This document shows positions 28,552-38,708 of a stretch of 64,000 nt of DNA, piece by piece. The stretch is from positions 13,237 to 77,236 of the forward strand of contig JADJZU010000007.1 of assembly GCA_016715625.1 (NCBI GenBank). Reading direction: 5' to 3'. A program made the position numbers and the translations under genes. The notes under the pieces were generated by a model. It was not told the DNA's origin. It made no database searches and saw nothing but the letters and a program-made list of their open reading frames with translations. The DNA comes from Bacteroidota bacterium. GTDB lineage: Bacteria; Bacteroidota; Bacteroidia; Chitinophagales; LD1. Position 1 is the stretch's first letter. Each line of letters begins with the position of its first letter.

Positions 28552-30411
28552 ATGCGCGCTGCTCTTCTTTTTTCTTTCCTGTTTTTTTTAACGGACGTTC
28601 GATGCCAGTGCATTAATACTTTTCCTTTTACCGAAGATTTTGAAGCAAACAACGGAGCTTGGGCCGCTTATGGGGCCGGCATAGATTGGGAGTGGGGCAC
28701 GCCTACTAAATCTGTTATTTCGGGGGCCTTTAGCGGAAACAACTGTTGGGTAGCCGGCACGCTGAACACTTCTTTTTACACATACGGAGAAAGGAGCTAT
28801 ATACAAAGCCCTTGTTTTGATTTCGGCAGTTTGTCATATCCCATTGTGTCGTTTGCGGTTTTTTGGGAATGCGAGCGAGGTTTTGACGGAGCCAACTTTC
28901 AATCTTCTATCGATGGAGGAACTACCTGGCAGAATGTGGGTGCCGCCAATGAGCCGGTTAATTGTATGAATGCGAATTGGTTTAATACGGCCAACATCAA
29001 CAATTTATCGGGCTTGGTGACGAATCGGGAGGGCTGGAGCGGAAACATCCAACCCAGTTCCGGAAGTTGTGTGGGTGGCAATGGGAGCGGAGGGTGGCTC
29101 ATTGCCAAACACTGCTTGTTCAATTTGGCAGGCGAACCCAGCGTTTTGTTTCGCTTTACCTTTGGTGCCGGCACACAATGCAATAACTATGATGGCTTTG
29201 CCATCGATGATTTTAGCGTTGCTGAAGCGCCTGCCAATGCGGCCACGATTGCTGTAAATTGTGTTGGCAATAACACATTCGCCTGCTCTGCCACAGTCAA
29301 TCAATGCCCCGATGGCACACTCTGGAATTTTGGTGATGGAACCACTGCTTCCGGCATCACGGCCTCTCACACTTATAGCAGCCCGGGAAGCTATACCATT
29401 ACTTTTTCCGCCTCGGGGCCCTGCAATGCTCCTGCGATTGTTTCGCAGCAAGTAGAGGTCATTTCGGTGAGTGTAGGTTCGCTGCCCAGTAGCTGTGCTG
29501 TTCCGGATGGGCAAGCCTTTGTCACTAATCCCCAAACCGGTTTTAGCTACGAATGGAACTCCACTCCACCCCAATTCACGGATACGGCTTTTAACCTGGC
29601 AGCCGGTACCTATACGGTGACTGTTACACAAGCTAATGCCTGCAGTGCTACTGCATCTGTGGTGGTGGTTCCCTCTGCCTCACCCAACCTTGCTGCCATT
29701 GTTTCTAACGACACTTGCTCGCAGGCCACCGGGCGCGTGGAAGTATCGGCCAATGGTGGCAGCCCGCCCTACACCTACCTGTGGTGGAATGGCGTACAAC
29801 TGAATGTGGTGGATGCTTTAAATGCCGGAGTGTATGCACTCACCGTTATCGATAGCAAGAGTTGTTCTGCCATTGCGGAGTATAGTGTAGCCGATGTTTC
29901 CGGATTGCAGATTCAGGTAGTGGCCTTAGAAGATGTTTCCTGTTTGGGCGTGAAAGATGGCAGTGCAGGCGTTACAGTGATTGGCGGAGAACGACCCTAT
30001 CAATTCAATTGGTCTGTAGGAAACATCGACTCTGTATTAAGAAATATAGCCAGCGGCTTTTACACGGTTACCGTTACCGATAGCAAGGGCTGTGCTGACA
30101 GCTTATCGGTGGAAGTGAGCAAACAGGTCTGCGAAAGTTATATCTACTTTCCCACGGCTTTTTCACCAAATGGCGACAACGCAAACGATTTTTTTAGACC
30201 CAGATATTCGCCCGATTTAAAAAGCTATTCGATAGCCGTTTATAACCGCTGGGGTGAGTTAGTGTATGAATCGACCAACGTAAACGAAGGATGGGATGGC
30301 TTCTACAAAGGGGTGGCGCAACCTCTATCTACCTACATCTGGAGGTCTCAATTCTCTTTCCTGAACGGAGAAACGAAACAAAGGTCCGGAAATGTGACGC
30401 TCCTGCGCTAA
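28552..30411 (+). CDS. Large surface protein with a T9SS type-B sorting domain, a PKD-like domain and SprB-like repeats
   Basis: The product has a signal peptide and an N-terminal MAM/lectin-like region. The PKD-like segment reads FGDGTTASGITASHTYSSPGSYTITF. Repeated ...G.YTVTVTD..GC units follow. The C-terminal part reads FPTAFSPNGDNANDFFRP...AVYNRWGELVYES...GWDG. Confidence 0.8.
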   Translation: MRAALLFSFLFFLTDVRCQCINTFPFTEDFEANNGAWAAYGAGIDWEWGTPTKSVISGAFSGNNCWVAGTLNTSFYTYGERSYIQSPCFDFGSLSYPIVSFAVFWECERGFDGANFQSSIDGGTTWQNVGAANEPVNCMNANWFNTANINNLSGLVTNREGWSGNIQPSSGSCVGGNGSGGWLIAKHCLFNLAGEPSVLFRFTFGAGTQCNNYDGFAIDDFSVAEAPANAATIAVNCVGNNTFACSATVNQCPDGTLWNFGDGTTASGITASHTYSSPGSYTITFSASGPCNAPAIVSQQVEVISVSVGSLPSSCAVPDGQAFVTNPQTGFSYEWNSTPPQFTDTAFNLAAGTYTVTVTQANACSATASVVVVPSASPNLAAIVSNDTCSQATGRVEVSANGGSPPYTYLWWNGVQLNVVDALNAGVYALTVIDSKSCSAIAEYSVADVSGLQIQVVALEDVSCLGVKDGSAGVTVIGGERPYQFNWSVGNIDSVLRNIASGFYTVTVTDSKGCADSLSVEVSKQVCESYIYFPTAFSPNGDNANDFFRPRYSPDLKSYSIAVYNRWGELVYESTNVNEGWDGFYKGVAQPLSTYIWRSQFSFLNGETKQRSGNVTLLR

Positions 30412-30413
30412 AC

Positions 30414-31208
30414 TTATTTGCCCGGTTTGCGGGCCGGATAGTTCCATAAAACGGAACTGAGTATGGGTGCGGCAAAGATGGTCACCGTGAAAAGCGAGAA
30501 GAACAAATCGCCATGCTCGCCTTCCATCACTTCGCACCAACTGGTGCCGCCAAACTGAACGCAGTAAAATCCCAGCATCAATTTCAATCCTAATATGCCG
30601 ATGATGAGAAACGCCACCGAGTCAAGGAATGGAAAGCGCTCCATCAGTTTTACAAAATAGCCCGCTACAATCCGCATGGTGATAATGCCGATGAAAACGC
30701 CCAGACATACCAGGTGAATATTGTCGGTAAAGGCCACCGCAGCAAACACATTATCGAGTGAGAAGGTCATGTCCATCATTTCCACCATCACCACGGTGCT
30801 CCAGAAATGATTCAGAAAAGGAAGTTTGCGCTTGGGGTGTTTCACCGCTTCCGATAGCTCTTCATTCTCAATCTGAAGAATATCTTCTTTCATGAAAATG
30901 CGCTTGTAAAAGAAATGAATGCAGAGATAGAGCAGGTAACCGCCCCCTACCAGCTTCAGCCAGTTTATTTTGATGAGCACACTCGCAAAAAGAAGTGCCG
31001 TACCCCGGAAGAAGTATGCCAGTATCAATCCGATGCGCAAGGCTCTTTTTCTGTCTTTCTCGGGCAGGTCCATCACCATGGTGGCTAACACCGCAGCATT
31101 GTCTATGGAGAGCAAACTCTCTATCAGTATCAGGTTCAGCACTACCAAAATGGCCGATTGCGGATCGGGTTGAATAAACCTGGAAAAGAAATCGAGGAGG
31201 GTATCCAA
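30414..31208 (-). CDS. TerC family integral membrane protein
   Basis: The 264-aa polytopic product has two copies of the SxDN motif (LLSIDNAAVLA and TFSLDNVFAAVA). Confidence 0.8.
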   Translation of the reverse strand: MDTLLDFFSRFIQPDPQSAILVVLNLILIESLLSIDNAAVLATMVMDLPEKDRKRALRIGLILAYFFRGTALLFASVLIKINWLKLVGGGYLLYLCIHFFYKRIFMKEDILQIENEELSEAVKHPKRKLPFLNHFWSTVVMVEMMDMTFSLDNVFAAVAFTDNIHLVCLGVFIGIITMRIVAGYFVKLMERFPFLDSVAFLIIGILGLKLMLGFYCVQFGGTSWCEVMEGEHGDLFFSLFTVTIFAAPILSSVLWNYPARKPGK

Positions 31209-31263
31209 ATTGAATTTATTTGCGGGCGAAGTTAAAAGTTGCTGCTTAATACAAACTACTTAC

Positions 31264-31926
31264 ATGCGAGATTTGTTCGATTCCATTGATTTGGTGATTT
31301 ACGACATGGACGGTCTGCTGATTGACAGCGAACCATTTTGGCGGCAGGCAGAGATAAATGTTTTTGGCACGGTGGGTGTGGAGCTCACCGAAGCGGATTG
31401 CAAAGCCACCACCGGTTTCCGGTTCGATGAAGTGGTGGAGCATTGGTATCATCGAAAGCCCTGGACCAATAAATCCATACAACAGGTGCATGATGAAGTA
31501 TTGGATGAAATGGAACGCGCCATTCAGCATCAGGCCCTGCCGATGCCAGGTGTTATAGAATCGCTGGAGTTTTTTGCGCAGCACAACAAGCGAATGGCCC
31601 TGGCTTCCTCCTCGGCTATGCGCCTGATTAAAGCCACCGTGCATAAACTGGAAATCGAAAAGTATTTTGACTTAATCGTGAGCGCTGAGCACGAAACCTA
31701 TGGCAAGCCTCATCCGGCTGTTTTCATTCGCACCGCGAATAATCTGAAAGTGCGGGAGGAGCGCTGCCTGGTGTTAGAAGATTCCATCAACGGAGTGCTG
31801 GCGGCTAAAGCTGCCCGCATGAAGTGCATAGCCGTGCCTGACAAAGACCATTTTAATGATGTGCGCTTTGCTATTGCCGATGGCAAGGTGGCATCGCTCT
31901 TCGAGGCAATAAAACAGCTAAGCTGA
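31264..31926 (+). CDS. HAD-superfamily sugar/hexitol phosphatase (beta-phosphoglucomutase family)
   Basis: I set the start at the ATG at 31264. Motif I is VIYDMDGLLIDSE. LASSS, a GKPHP motif and EDSINGVLAAKAA are also present. Confidence 0.8.
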   Translation: MRDLFDSIDLVIYDMDGLLIDSEPFWRQAEINVFGTVGVELTEADCKATTGFRFDEVVEHWYHRKPWTNKSIQQVHDEVLDEMERAIQHQALPMPGVIESLEFFAQHNKRMALASSSAMRLIKATVHKLEIEKYFDLIVSAEHETYGKPHPAVFIRTANNLKVREERCLVLEDSINGVLAAKAARMKCIAVPDKDHFNDVRFAIADGKVASLFEAIKQLS

Positions 31927-31927
31927 C

Positions 31928-32488
31928 TTATTTAGGGAACTTCATTTTGTAGCTGACGTCCACTATCCCTTTCGATATCTTGTCCAGTTTGCCCTTGAGC
32001 AAGGTGCGCTTTAAAGGTTTAATGTGGTCTATAAACAGCTTGCCTTCCAGGTGGTCGTATTCATGCTGAATAACCCGGGCGGTTAAACCTTTAAACGTCT
32101 TCTTTTTCTTCTTGAAATCGCGGTCGTAATATTCAATCAGGATGTGCTCCTGGCGGTATACATCCTCGCGTATATTGGGTATGCTCAGGCAGCCTTCTTC
32201 GTAGGGCCAATCGTCACCGGTTTCTTCCAGCATGCGGGCGTTAATAAACACCTCGCGCAGCGCCTCGCCATGGTCCGGCTCATCCTCGTCATACATCTTG
32301 GTGCTGTCAATCACAAAGAGGCGAATGCTCTTGTTGATTTGCGGTGCGGCCAGGCCTACGCCCTTGCTTTTCTCCATGGTTTCGAACATGTCGTCAATCA
32401 GTTGCTGCAGGTTGGGGTAGTTCTTATCAATATCTACCGCTACTTTGCGCAGGATAGGGTCACCGTAAGCTACAATAGGTAAATTCAT
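31928..32488 (-). CDS. def: Peptide deformylase
   Basis: All three deformylase motifs are present: GVGLAAPQ, EGCLSIP and QHEYDHLEG. Confidence 0.95.
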   Translation of the reverse strand: MNLPIVAYGDPILRKVAVDIDKNYPNLQQLIDDMFETMEKSKGVGLAAPQINKSIRLFVIDSTKMYDEDEPDHGEALREVFINARMLEETGDDWPYEEGCLSIPNIREDVYRQEHILIEYYDRDFKKKKKTFKGLTARVIQHEYDHLEGKLFIDHIKPLKRTLLKGKLDKISKGIVDVSYKMKFPK

Positions 32489-32534
32489 TTTATCCGGTTG
32501 TGGGTGCGAATTAAATAAGTGTGTGCGATTTTTC

Positions 32535-32960
32535 TCAGGATTGAAACAGCTTCGGATTCTCTAAGTAGGACTGCAAAATCAAATTGGCCGATATGGCATC
32601 AATGTTCTTCTTGTTGTGTTTTTCGGTGCGGTTTACCCCGCTCATGTGGAGCGTTTGTCGTGCAATTTTGGAACTGAATCGCTCATCCACTTTATAGATT
32701 TTCTTATCCGGAAACATCGCCTGCAGCTTTTGGATAAAGCTTTCAATGTGCTTTACCACATCGTTTTGATGGTGCCCATGATTAAACGGAAAACCCACCA
32801 CGATGCTCTCTACATCTTCTGCCGAGCAGTATTTTTTGGCGAAGTCGTAAATGTTTTTGGTGTCCTGGGTTTCCAGCGAGTTGGCAATCATCTGGAGCGG
32901 GTCGCTCACGGCCACCCCCACGCGCCTGGTTCCATAATCAAATGCCAATACTCTGCCCAT
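32535..32960 (-). CDS. ruvX: Holliday junction resolvase-like RuvX (YqgF)
   Basis: The product starts MGRVLAFDYGTRRVGVAVSD and also contains ...DERFSS... It is 141 aa. Confidence 0.85.
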   Translation of the reverse strand: MGRVLAFDYGTRRVGVAVSDPLQMIANSLETQDTKNIYDFAKKYCSAEDVESIVVGFPFNHGHHQNDVVKHIESFIQKLQAMFPDKKIYKVDERFSSKIARQTLHMSGVNRTEKHNKKNIDAISANLILQSYLENPKLFQS

Positions 32961-32963
32961 GGT

Positions 32964-33512
32964 TTAGTTTTTAGGAATCACTGTGCCACGGATAGTAAGC
33001 ACCTGTTTAGGGGGAATGGTATTGCAGGTAACGGTAACGGTTTTGGTCACTTCGCCCGATTTCTTTTTGCTGTCAAACGCTACATCAATTCTCGAAGACT
33101 CACCGGGGGCGATGGGCCCGCGCGGCCAGTTGGCCACCGTGCAGCCACACGATGCCACGGCACTGGTAATGAGTAAAGGTTCCTGCCCGGTATTGGTGAA
33201 TTCAAAAGTGGTTTTGGGGATGTCGCCTTCGTTCATTTTTCCAAAATCGTGCTTCGTCTTTTCGAATTGAATAGACGTTATCTTTTGCTGTTGCGGTATT
33301 TTGGCCGCCATGGGGTCTGTGTTCGGGTTATCGAAGGGGCTGGCTGCATGGGCGGCAGCTGCCTCTGCTTTTTTGGCCGCTTCTTTCTCGCGGGCCTCTT
33401 TCCTTTCTTCCCGTTTTTGGTTCAGCCTGTAGGTGTAGATGTTTCCACCCACCGACATAAACAGCAGCACCACCACCAGATATAAAATATAGTTGCGATT
33501 TTTCATGCCCAC
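32964..33512 (-). CDS. DUF1573 domain protein
   Basis: The product has an N-terminal TM anchor and a charged Lys/Glu/Ala-rich linker. The C-terminal domain contains FEFTNTGQEPLLI and SCGCT, characteristic of DUF1573. Confidence 0.75.
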   Translation of the reverse strand: MGMKNRNYILYLVVVLLFMSVGGNIYTYRLNQKREERKEAREKEAAKKAEAAAAHAASPFDNPNTDPMAAKIPQQQKITSIQFEKTKHDFGKMNEGDIPKTTFEFTNTGQEPLLITSAVASCGCTVANWPRGPIAPGESSRIDVAFDSKKKSGEVTKTVTVTCNTIPPKQVLTIRGTVIPKN

Positions 33513-33539
33513 AAAGGTAATGTTGAATTCGGTGTGGTG

Positions 33540-33911
33540 TCAATAATTTTCATCTTCATGAAAAAAGGCATCTTCTATGTGATGCACCTCGGTTTTACTC
33601 TTGGAGATAAGAACCGAAACAATATCGAACCGCAATTCGCCCTCATGCCCCGTTTGATACATATATTCTTCAGCCGCCTCTTTCATCAATCTTATTTTTT
33701 TCCGGTCCACCGATTCTTCGGGGTAGCCGAAGGCCTCGCTGCTTCTGGTTTTTACCTCCGTAAAAATCAGAATGCCGTTTTCTTTAGAGATGATATCTAT
33801 TTCGGCCCGGCCAAAGCGGTAATTGCACACCACTATCTCGTGTCCTTTCTGTTTCAGCAAGGCCTGTGCGGCCGCTTCGCCCAGTTTGCCCAGTTCATTG
33901 TGTGCCGCCAT
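33540..33911 (-). CDS. YraN family (UPF0102) endonuclease-like protein
   Basis: The product contains GKLGEAAAQALLKQKGHEIVVCNYRFGRAEIDIISKENGILIFTEVKTR. I set the start at the ATG at 33911, which lies 4 nt downstream of the upstream gene's stop (33916-33918). The track ORF start at 34019 would overlap that gene. Confidence 0.75.
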   Translation of the reverse strand: MAAHNELGKLGEAAAQALLKQKGHEIVVCNYRFGRAEIDIISKENGILIFTEVKTRSSEAFGYPEESVDRKKIRLMKEAAEEYMYQTGHEGELRFDIVSVLISKSKTEVHHIEDAFFHEDENY

Positions 33912-33915
33912 GGGC

Positions 33916-34338
33916 TCAGGCGTGTTTTTTAATGGCGCAGGTGAGGCGACTGGCGCATACCTGTTTATTGTCTTCATTGAATATCTCAATGTTCCAAACG
34001 TGGATGGTTTTGCCCACATACAGAGGCTTTACCACACCGGTCACAAACCCTTTGCTGGCTGAGCGCAAATGGTTGGCATTAATCTCTACCCCCACCGCCA
34101 TTTCCCTGGTGGGGTCTATGCAAAAGGTGGAAGCAATGCTGCCCAGGGTTTCGGCCAATACGCAGCTGGCTCCTCCGTGCAACAGGCCGAAGGGTTGCTT
34201 GGTGCGCTCGTCCACGGGCATGCGGGCTTTGATGTAATCGTCTCCTACTTCCACTACCTCTACGCCCAGGTGCGTGCCCATGTGTGCGTTCGGAAATATA
34301 TTGGCCAGTTCTTTGGTGGGTTTTGTTTTCCAAATCAT
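33916..34338 (-). CDS. PaaI/YdiI-type hotdog-fold thioesterase
   Basis: The 140-aa product contains MGTHLGVEVVEVGDDYIKARMPVDERTKQPFGLLHGGAS. Confidence 0.8.
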   Translation of the reverse strand: MIWKTKPTKELANIFPNAHMGTHLGVEVVEVGDDYIKARMPVDERTKQPFGLLHGGASCVLAETLGSIASTFCIDPTREMAVGVEINANHLRSASKGFVTGVVKPLYVGKTIHVWNIEIFNEDNKQVCASRLTCAIKKHA

Positions 34339-34581
34339 GGTTCAGCTTGTTTTAGGCTGCGAAAGTAATTTTCCTTGTTGGTGAGCAAGCTTTCGCGATT
34401 AAAAGTACTCACCCTGTAAAGAAAAAGATGAAAGAATCTGCATCAGCAAAATGCTGGACCCATCGTTGGAAGAAACCATGAACCGCGAGAAGCAACTAAT
34501 CTTTAAAGAAAATTGGTTGCCCGGCAACGTCTACTCCATAAAATATTTCCCTTTTCTTACGTTAGTGCATATACATAAACG

Positions 34582-35551
34582 ATGCAAAAACAAAAGCTAC
34601 GTTTTTTAGGCGATACGTTGGGGCTTGCTCCTTTTCCTCTCCGCTTTAAACAAGCCATGATAGCCATACGTGGCGAGGAAGATGTGCCGCCATCGCGCTG
34701 GGGGCTCAGCAGTTTATCGCAACTGCATTTAAAAGTATCGCATAAATTGTGGAGGGGTAAACCATACCTTGAAAACACGGTGCTTATCTCTAACCTGTTT
34801 AACCATCTGCAAACGCCTATTGAAGAAGGATGGTCCGTACAGAAAACACAGACCCGCGACTTTCGGGAAGAAACCTTACCTACAACAGCCACACGGAACC
34901 GATTTTGCTATCCGGTGGGTTCTTTGGTGTGCACTGCAGCACCGGCAGGTAGTGGCCGTGCTGTCGCAATTTAACCGGGGTGGTTTAAAAGTATTTATCG
35001 ACCACGGAGAGGGCTTAATGACCTGCTATGCACACTTGGCTAAAAGCATAGTGCAGCCGGGCGATGAGCTGGAGCGCGGTCAGGCTATTGCTATTTCGGG
35101 CTACAGTGGTTTAGATGCCGCAGTTACTTTTCCGTTTGGTGTGCCGCATGTGCATTTTAATGTTTGGCTGAACGGAGAACCGGTTGACCCTTTTGCGCAT
35201 CAAGAGCATACCGGCTTATGGATAGCCGGTGAATTGCCTGCTCCGGCTACCGATAGTAAAAGCAGTTTCACCCCATCTATCTATAACCCTTCCCAGGTGC
35301 AGCAGGCCATTGGCTATTGTAAAACACCATGGGTGCGCGAACAATTATTACAGCAGCAGGACTTACACCTGCGTGGAGCTCACACCATTATTGAAATGAA
35401 CTATTACCCTACCCGCTTTACCAACCGCGTTAACGTGTACGATAAAACTTATCCGCGTACACCGCGCTTTGATTTACCTTTCAGCAGCAGCGAATTTCAG
35501 CAGGTTGTTTTTCTGGATGATGTGTTGCCCTCACTTATCAGGAAGAATTAG
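34582..35551 (+). pseudogene. M23 family metallopeptidase, frameshifted
   Basis: The M23 signature elements are split across two frames within about 100 bp. HGTDFAI is in the frame of track ORF 34769... PVGSLVCTAAPAG is in the frame of track ORF 34582... VVAVLSQFNRGGLKVFIDHGEGLMTCYAHL...VPHVHFNVW returns to the first of those frames. This requires at least three frame changes between ~34860 and ~34950. Confidence 0.7.
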
Positions 35552-35580
35552 ATTTACCATCGCTCAAATAGCGAAGTGGT

Positions 35581-36972
35581 ATGAACAAGCAGAGATACGA
35601 ATTCCCTGAACAGGCAAAGCCCATAGCCGAATTGCTGGAAACGGTAAAACAGAAAAAACAAAAAGATATTGACTGGCGAAGTGGCAAAGCTTTTTGCTTA
35701 ATCTATCACCCGGGCGAAGGCGCGAGGTGAACATAAAAAGGTGTTTGACCAATACTATGCCGACAGTGCCTTAAACCCAACCGCCCCCCAGCCTGGCAGA
35801 AATAGAAAGCGAAACGGTAGCCAGTGGCCGATTTATTTCATGGCGATGAGCAGGTGTGCGGAAACGCAACCACCGGTGGCACCGGAGAGTATTATACTGG
35901 CCGTAAAGACCGCCCGCGATTGGGCGCGCAACCACAAACCACAGATAACTAAACCGCATGTGGTGGTGCCCGAATCGGTTCACCCGGCCTTTTCAAAGCC
36001 TTCCATTATTTAAACAGACGGCTGTAAAAACAGGTGCAGACTACCGCGCAGATGTTACAGCAATGGAAAAAGCAATAACATCCGATACGAATTGCTGGTA
36101 GGTTCTGCACCCTCTTACCCTTAGGGGTAATTGACCCCATTGAAGAAATAGCGGCACTGGCAAAAGAAGAACCTGTTATGCCATGTAGATGCCTGTGTGG
36201 GCGGTTTTATTCTTCCGTTTTAAAGAACTGGCTATTCCGCGTTTCGATTTTGAGGTAGACAGGGGTTACTTCCTCTCGGCCGACATACATAAATGCGGTT
36301 ACGCCCAAGGGGCTTGGTCATTCTATATCGCACGCACGAGTTACGCAAATTTCAATTTTCGCTGTATACGAAATGGGCTGGTGGTGTATGGGTTCGCCTA
36401 CTATTACCGGTACGCGCTCCGGTGCTAACATTGCGGCAGCATGGGCGGCTATTAACTCAATAGGCAAACAGGGTTATACAGAAATGGCAAAGGCTACCAT
36501 GCAAACTACGGAACGCATTAAGCAGTTTGTAGCAGAAACCGAAGAGTTGGAACTGATGGGTAAAACCGATATGTGCATTGTTGCTTTTAAAAGCGCTACG
36601 ATAGATGTATACATGCTGGCCGATGAGCTGAATAAAAAGGATGGCATTTTGAACGGCACAGTTGCTTTACCGTTAACTACATACATCGCACGGTGGTCGA
36701 AGATTTTATTGTTGATTTAAAACAAGCCATTGCCGATGTTCGCGCCAAGCGAATGGCACAGATGGGCAACAAACTGCAATCTGCCGTGGTAAAAGGCCTG
36801 AGCAGTATATTACCCGAAGGCTCTATTGCCCGCCTGCAGAAAGACTCGAAACCCGATTTAAACAACGAGAACAAAGCTGCCATGTATGGCATGATGGGGG
36901 CGCTTTCCGGCACATGATCTGGACAAGATTGTGCTCGATTTTTTAGATAACATCTATACCGCCAAAAACTAA
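35581..36972 (+). pseudogene. PLP-dependent sphingosine-1-phosphate-lyase / group II decarboxylase-like gene, heavily frameshifted
   Basis: Recognisable segments are scattered over all three plus frames. They include MNKQRYEFPEQAKPIAELL, EHKKVFDQYYADSALNP, PSLAEIESETVA, HGDEQVCGNATTGGT, ESIILAVKTARDWARNHKPQITKPHVVVPESVHPAFSK and VIDPIEEIAALAKE. LSADIHK-GYA carries the PLP lysine motif. Further segments are GSPTITGTRSGANIAAAWAAINSIGKQGY, VEDFIVDLKQAIADVRAK and DLDKIVLDFLDNIYTAKN. By my reading there are at least ten frame changes or in-frame stops. Confidence 0.75.
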
Positions 36973-36979
36973 AGGCTAT

Positions 36980-37579
36980 ATGTTGGAGGCAATGGGCCAG
37001 GGTATACTTACCGGTCTGGTTTTAGCAACGTTTATTGGCCCTATCTTTTTTGCCGTGGTGGACCTGGGCTTAAAAGGAAATGTAAAAGGGGCGGCTTATA
37101 TAGCCCTGGCACTTTTGTAAGCGATATTTTTATGGGTGCTGTTTATTTACCTGGTGGCAAAGCAGATAGAAAAAGATTCGATGCTGATGCAGGCAATGTA
37201 TGTGGCGGTGGCTTGGTGCTGGTGGTAGCTTGGCTTGCAAAATCTGCTCAAGACCAAAGTGACCAGTGCACACCGCCATGAATCCAAAAGATAGGTGGAG
37301 TTGTTTCGAGAGGCTTCTCATTAACGCTACCAACCCGAATGTTTTCTTCTTTTGGTTTGGGGCGGTTATGGTGGCAGTTCATCAATACCACAATCAAGCG
37401 CCATTGGTGCTCACGCATTTTGTAAGTGCCTTAACCGTAGTGTTCACCACCGATTTCCTGAAGGGCTATGCCGCATCGCTCCTTCGACCTTACATCAAAC
37501 CAAACACGCTCACCTACCTCAGCCGCGTGTCGGTATCATCCTCATTTACTTTGGTGTAAAGCTGATGTTGTTTCATTAA
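36980..37579 (+). pseudogene. LysE/RhtB family amino-acid exporter, frameshifted
   Basis: The gene starts MLEAMGQGILTGLVLATFIGPIFFAVVDLGLKG and then hits a stop. Later segments sit in other frames: LINATNPNVFFFWFGAVMVAV...LTHFVSALTVVFTTDFLKGYAASLLRPYIKP and GIILIYFGVKLMLFH. Confidence 0.7.
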
Positions 37580-37855
37580 ATAAAGCGTTTGCAAACCCGG
37601 GTTCCGCTACTTATCGGCCTGCCCGCGGTAGCTTCAGGCCAAAAGGACCAAGCTCCGGGCTGTTCCCTTCGATAAATCCGAAGGCCGAAGGCATTAGAAA
37701 AGGAATGTTGTCCGTTTACAGGCGGCTAAAGCCCCGCCTCCTGCTACTCAAAACTGCCGCTGCACCTGCTCTCTGACTCCTATTCCAATAAATGAGACGG
37801 CCTTTTGTTAGCAGCGGAAAATGCTCTGTTTATATGTAGCATAAGCGGTTTTTTG

Positions 37856-37933
37856 GTATAAACCGCATACCAATTAGTATAAACCAACGACTAATTAGTA
37901 TAAACCGCATACCGATTGGTATAAACCGCATAC
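37856..37933. repeat. Four tandem 21-bp units with core GTATAAACCGCATAC (iteron-like or operator array)
   Basis: Units start at 37856, 37877, 37898 and 37919. Units 1, 3 and 4 share an identical 15-nt core. Unit 2 is degenerate (GTATAAACCAACGAC). The core is itself GTAT-N7-ATAC, so its ends are inverted repeats. Confidence 0.8.
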
Positions 37934-38224
37934 TGCACCGCTCCAAACGCCTTTTGTGCTCTTGCACATGAGCAGCCGATGGCATTAATTTGTGTATCAC
38001 ATTTAAACTCTACTTGGTTAAGCGCAGCACTCCGCTGGCGGTTAATTTATGAGCGGGAAACGGTTTTCGTCTCCTAAACCTCCATCTTCTTGTAGTTGCA
38101 AAACGTTCGTGTGAATGTGTAGGCAACAGCCGAACTTAACTGCAAGAAATTATCTTTGATAGATTACAAAATAAAATGGGGAAGCTGAAAACCAACTAGA
38201 GTAAGCAACATCAAACATTAAACA

Positions 38225-38708
38225 ATGAAAAAAAAGTACAGCTGTTGGCACTCGTATTTTTGACAAGCCATTTGGCAATTAACATTTTATCCAATGGAAG
38301 GGAAACCATAGTGAAACTATCCAACTCAGGAATGAAATATCAAGAGAGCTGCTGGCCTAGAAACCTAGACCACTCTATTTTAAAGACATTGACATTCCCC
38401 ACGCTTCCTAATTTGACAAATGTAGAGGTGGCCTATGTATCGGAAACAACCTTTGATTTAGATGCCTGTTATATATTATCAGGATGATAAACTGGCAAAC
38501 AGCAGATGAATCGGGTGCTTTGAGCCTGGTAAAGAAGCTACAGTTTCTGTATATAACATAGCCGGTGAAGTGGTGAGAACTTATACGCTTGACAGTAACT
38601 ATAAAGAATTACTGATAGATTCCCTCGAATTTAGTAATGGCACCTATTTATGTCATATACAATCAAATGATCTTACGATAGCCAACAAAGATGGTTGTTC
38701 AAAGATAA
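38225..38708 (+). pseudogene. Small T9SS type-A CTD protein, frameshifted
   Basis: An ATG is followed by an A8 run. The signal-peptide-like VQLLALVFLTSHLAIN sits in a shifted frame. The C-terminal part reads ATVSVYNIAGEVVRTYTLDSNYKELLIDSLEFSNGTYLCHIQSNDLTIANK (Por_Secre_tail-like) and needs further frame changes. The expected ending KMVVQR-stop is out of frame. Confidence 0.6.

Noticed and set aside
28899-29631. Minus-strand ORFs of 94 and 208 aa, plus several 60-70 aa plus-strand ORFs, inside 28552-30411.
   Set aside because: They lie within or antisense to a 619-aa gene with clear PKD and T9SS type-B domains. Their translations are Arg/Gly/Ser-rich, typical of off-frame reading.
31209-31263. 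A possible yybP-ykoY (Mn) riboswitch upstream of the TerC family gene.
   Set aside because: Only 55 nt separate the TerC start from the divergent HAD gene start. That is too short for the element, and no conserved core was seen.
37580-37855. A GC-rich, hairpin-rich non-coding segment considered as a tRNA, tmRNA, riboswitch or other ncRNA. It includes CCGAAGGCCGAAGG and the long-range complementarity CCGCTGC...GCAGCGG.
   Set aside because: I found no cloverleaf, no T-loop GGTTCGA-type box and no riboswitch core sequence I recognise. It may equally be debris of another decayed gene. A covariance-model scan (Rfam/Infernal) would be needed.
37856-37933. The 21-bp repeat array as a possible CRISPR array.
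   Set aside because: The units abut each other with only ~6 variable bases, so there are no spacers. There are only four copies, the repeat is too short, and there are no cas genes in the window.
38285-38299. A DnaA-box-like TTATCCAAT near the repeat array.
   Set aside because: It is a single 7-of-9 match inside a decayed ORF. No cluster of boxes or AT-rich unwinding element was seen.
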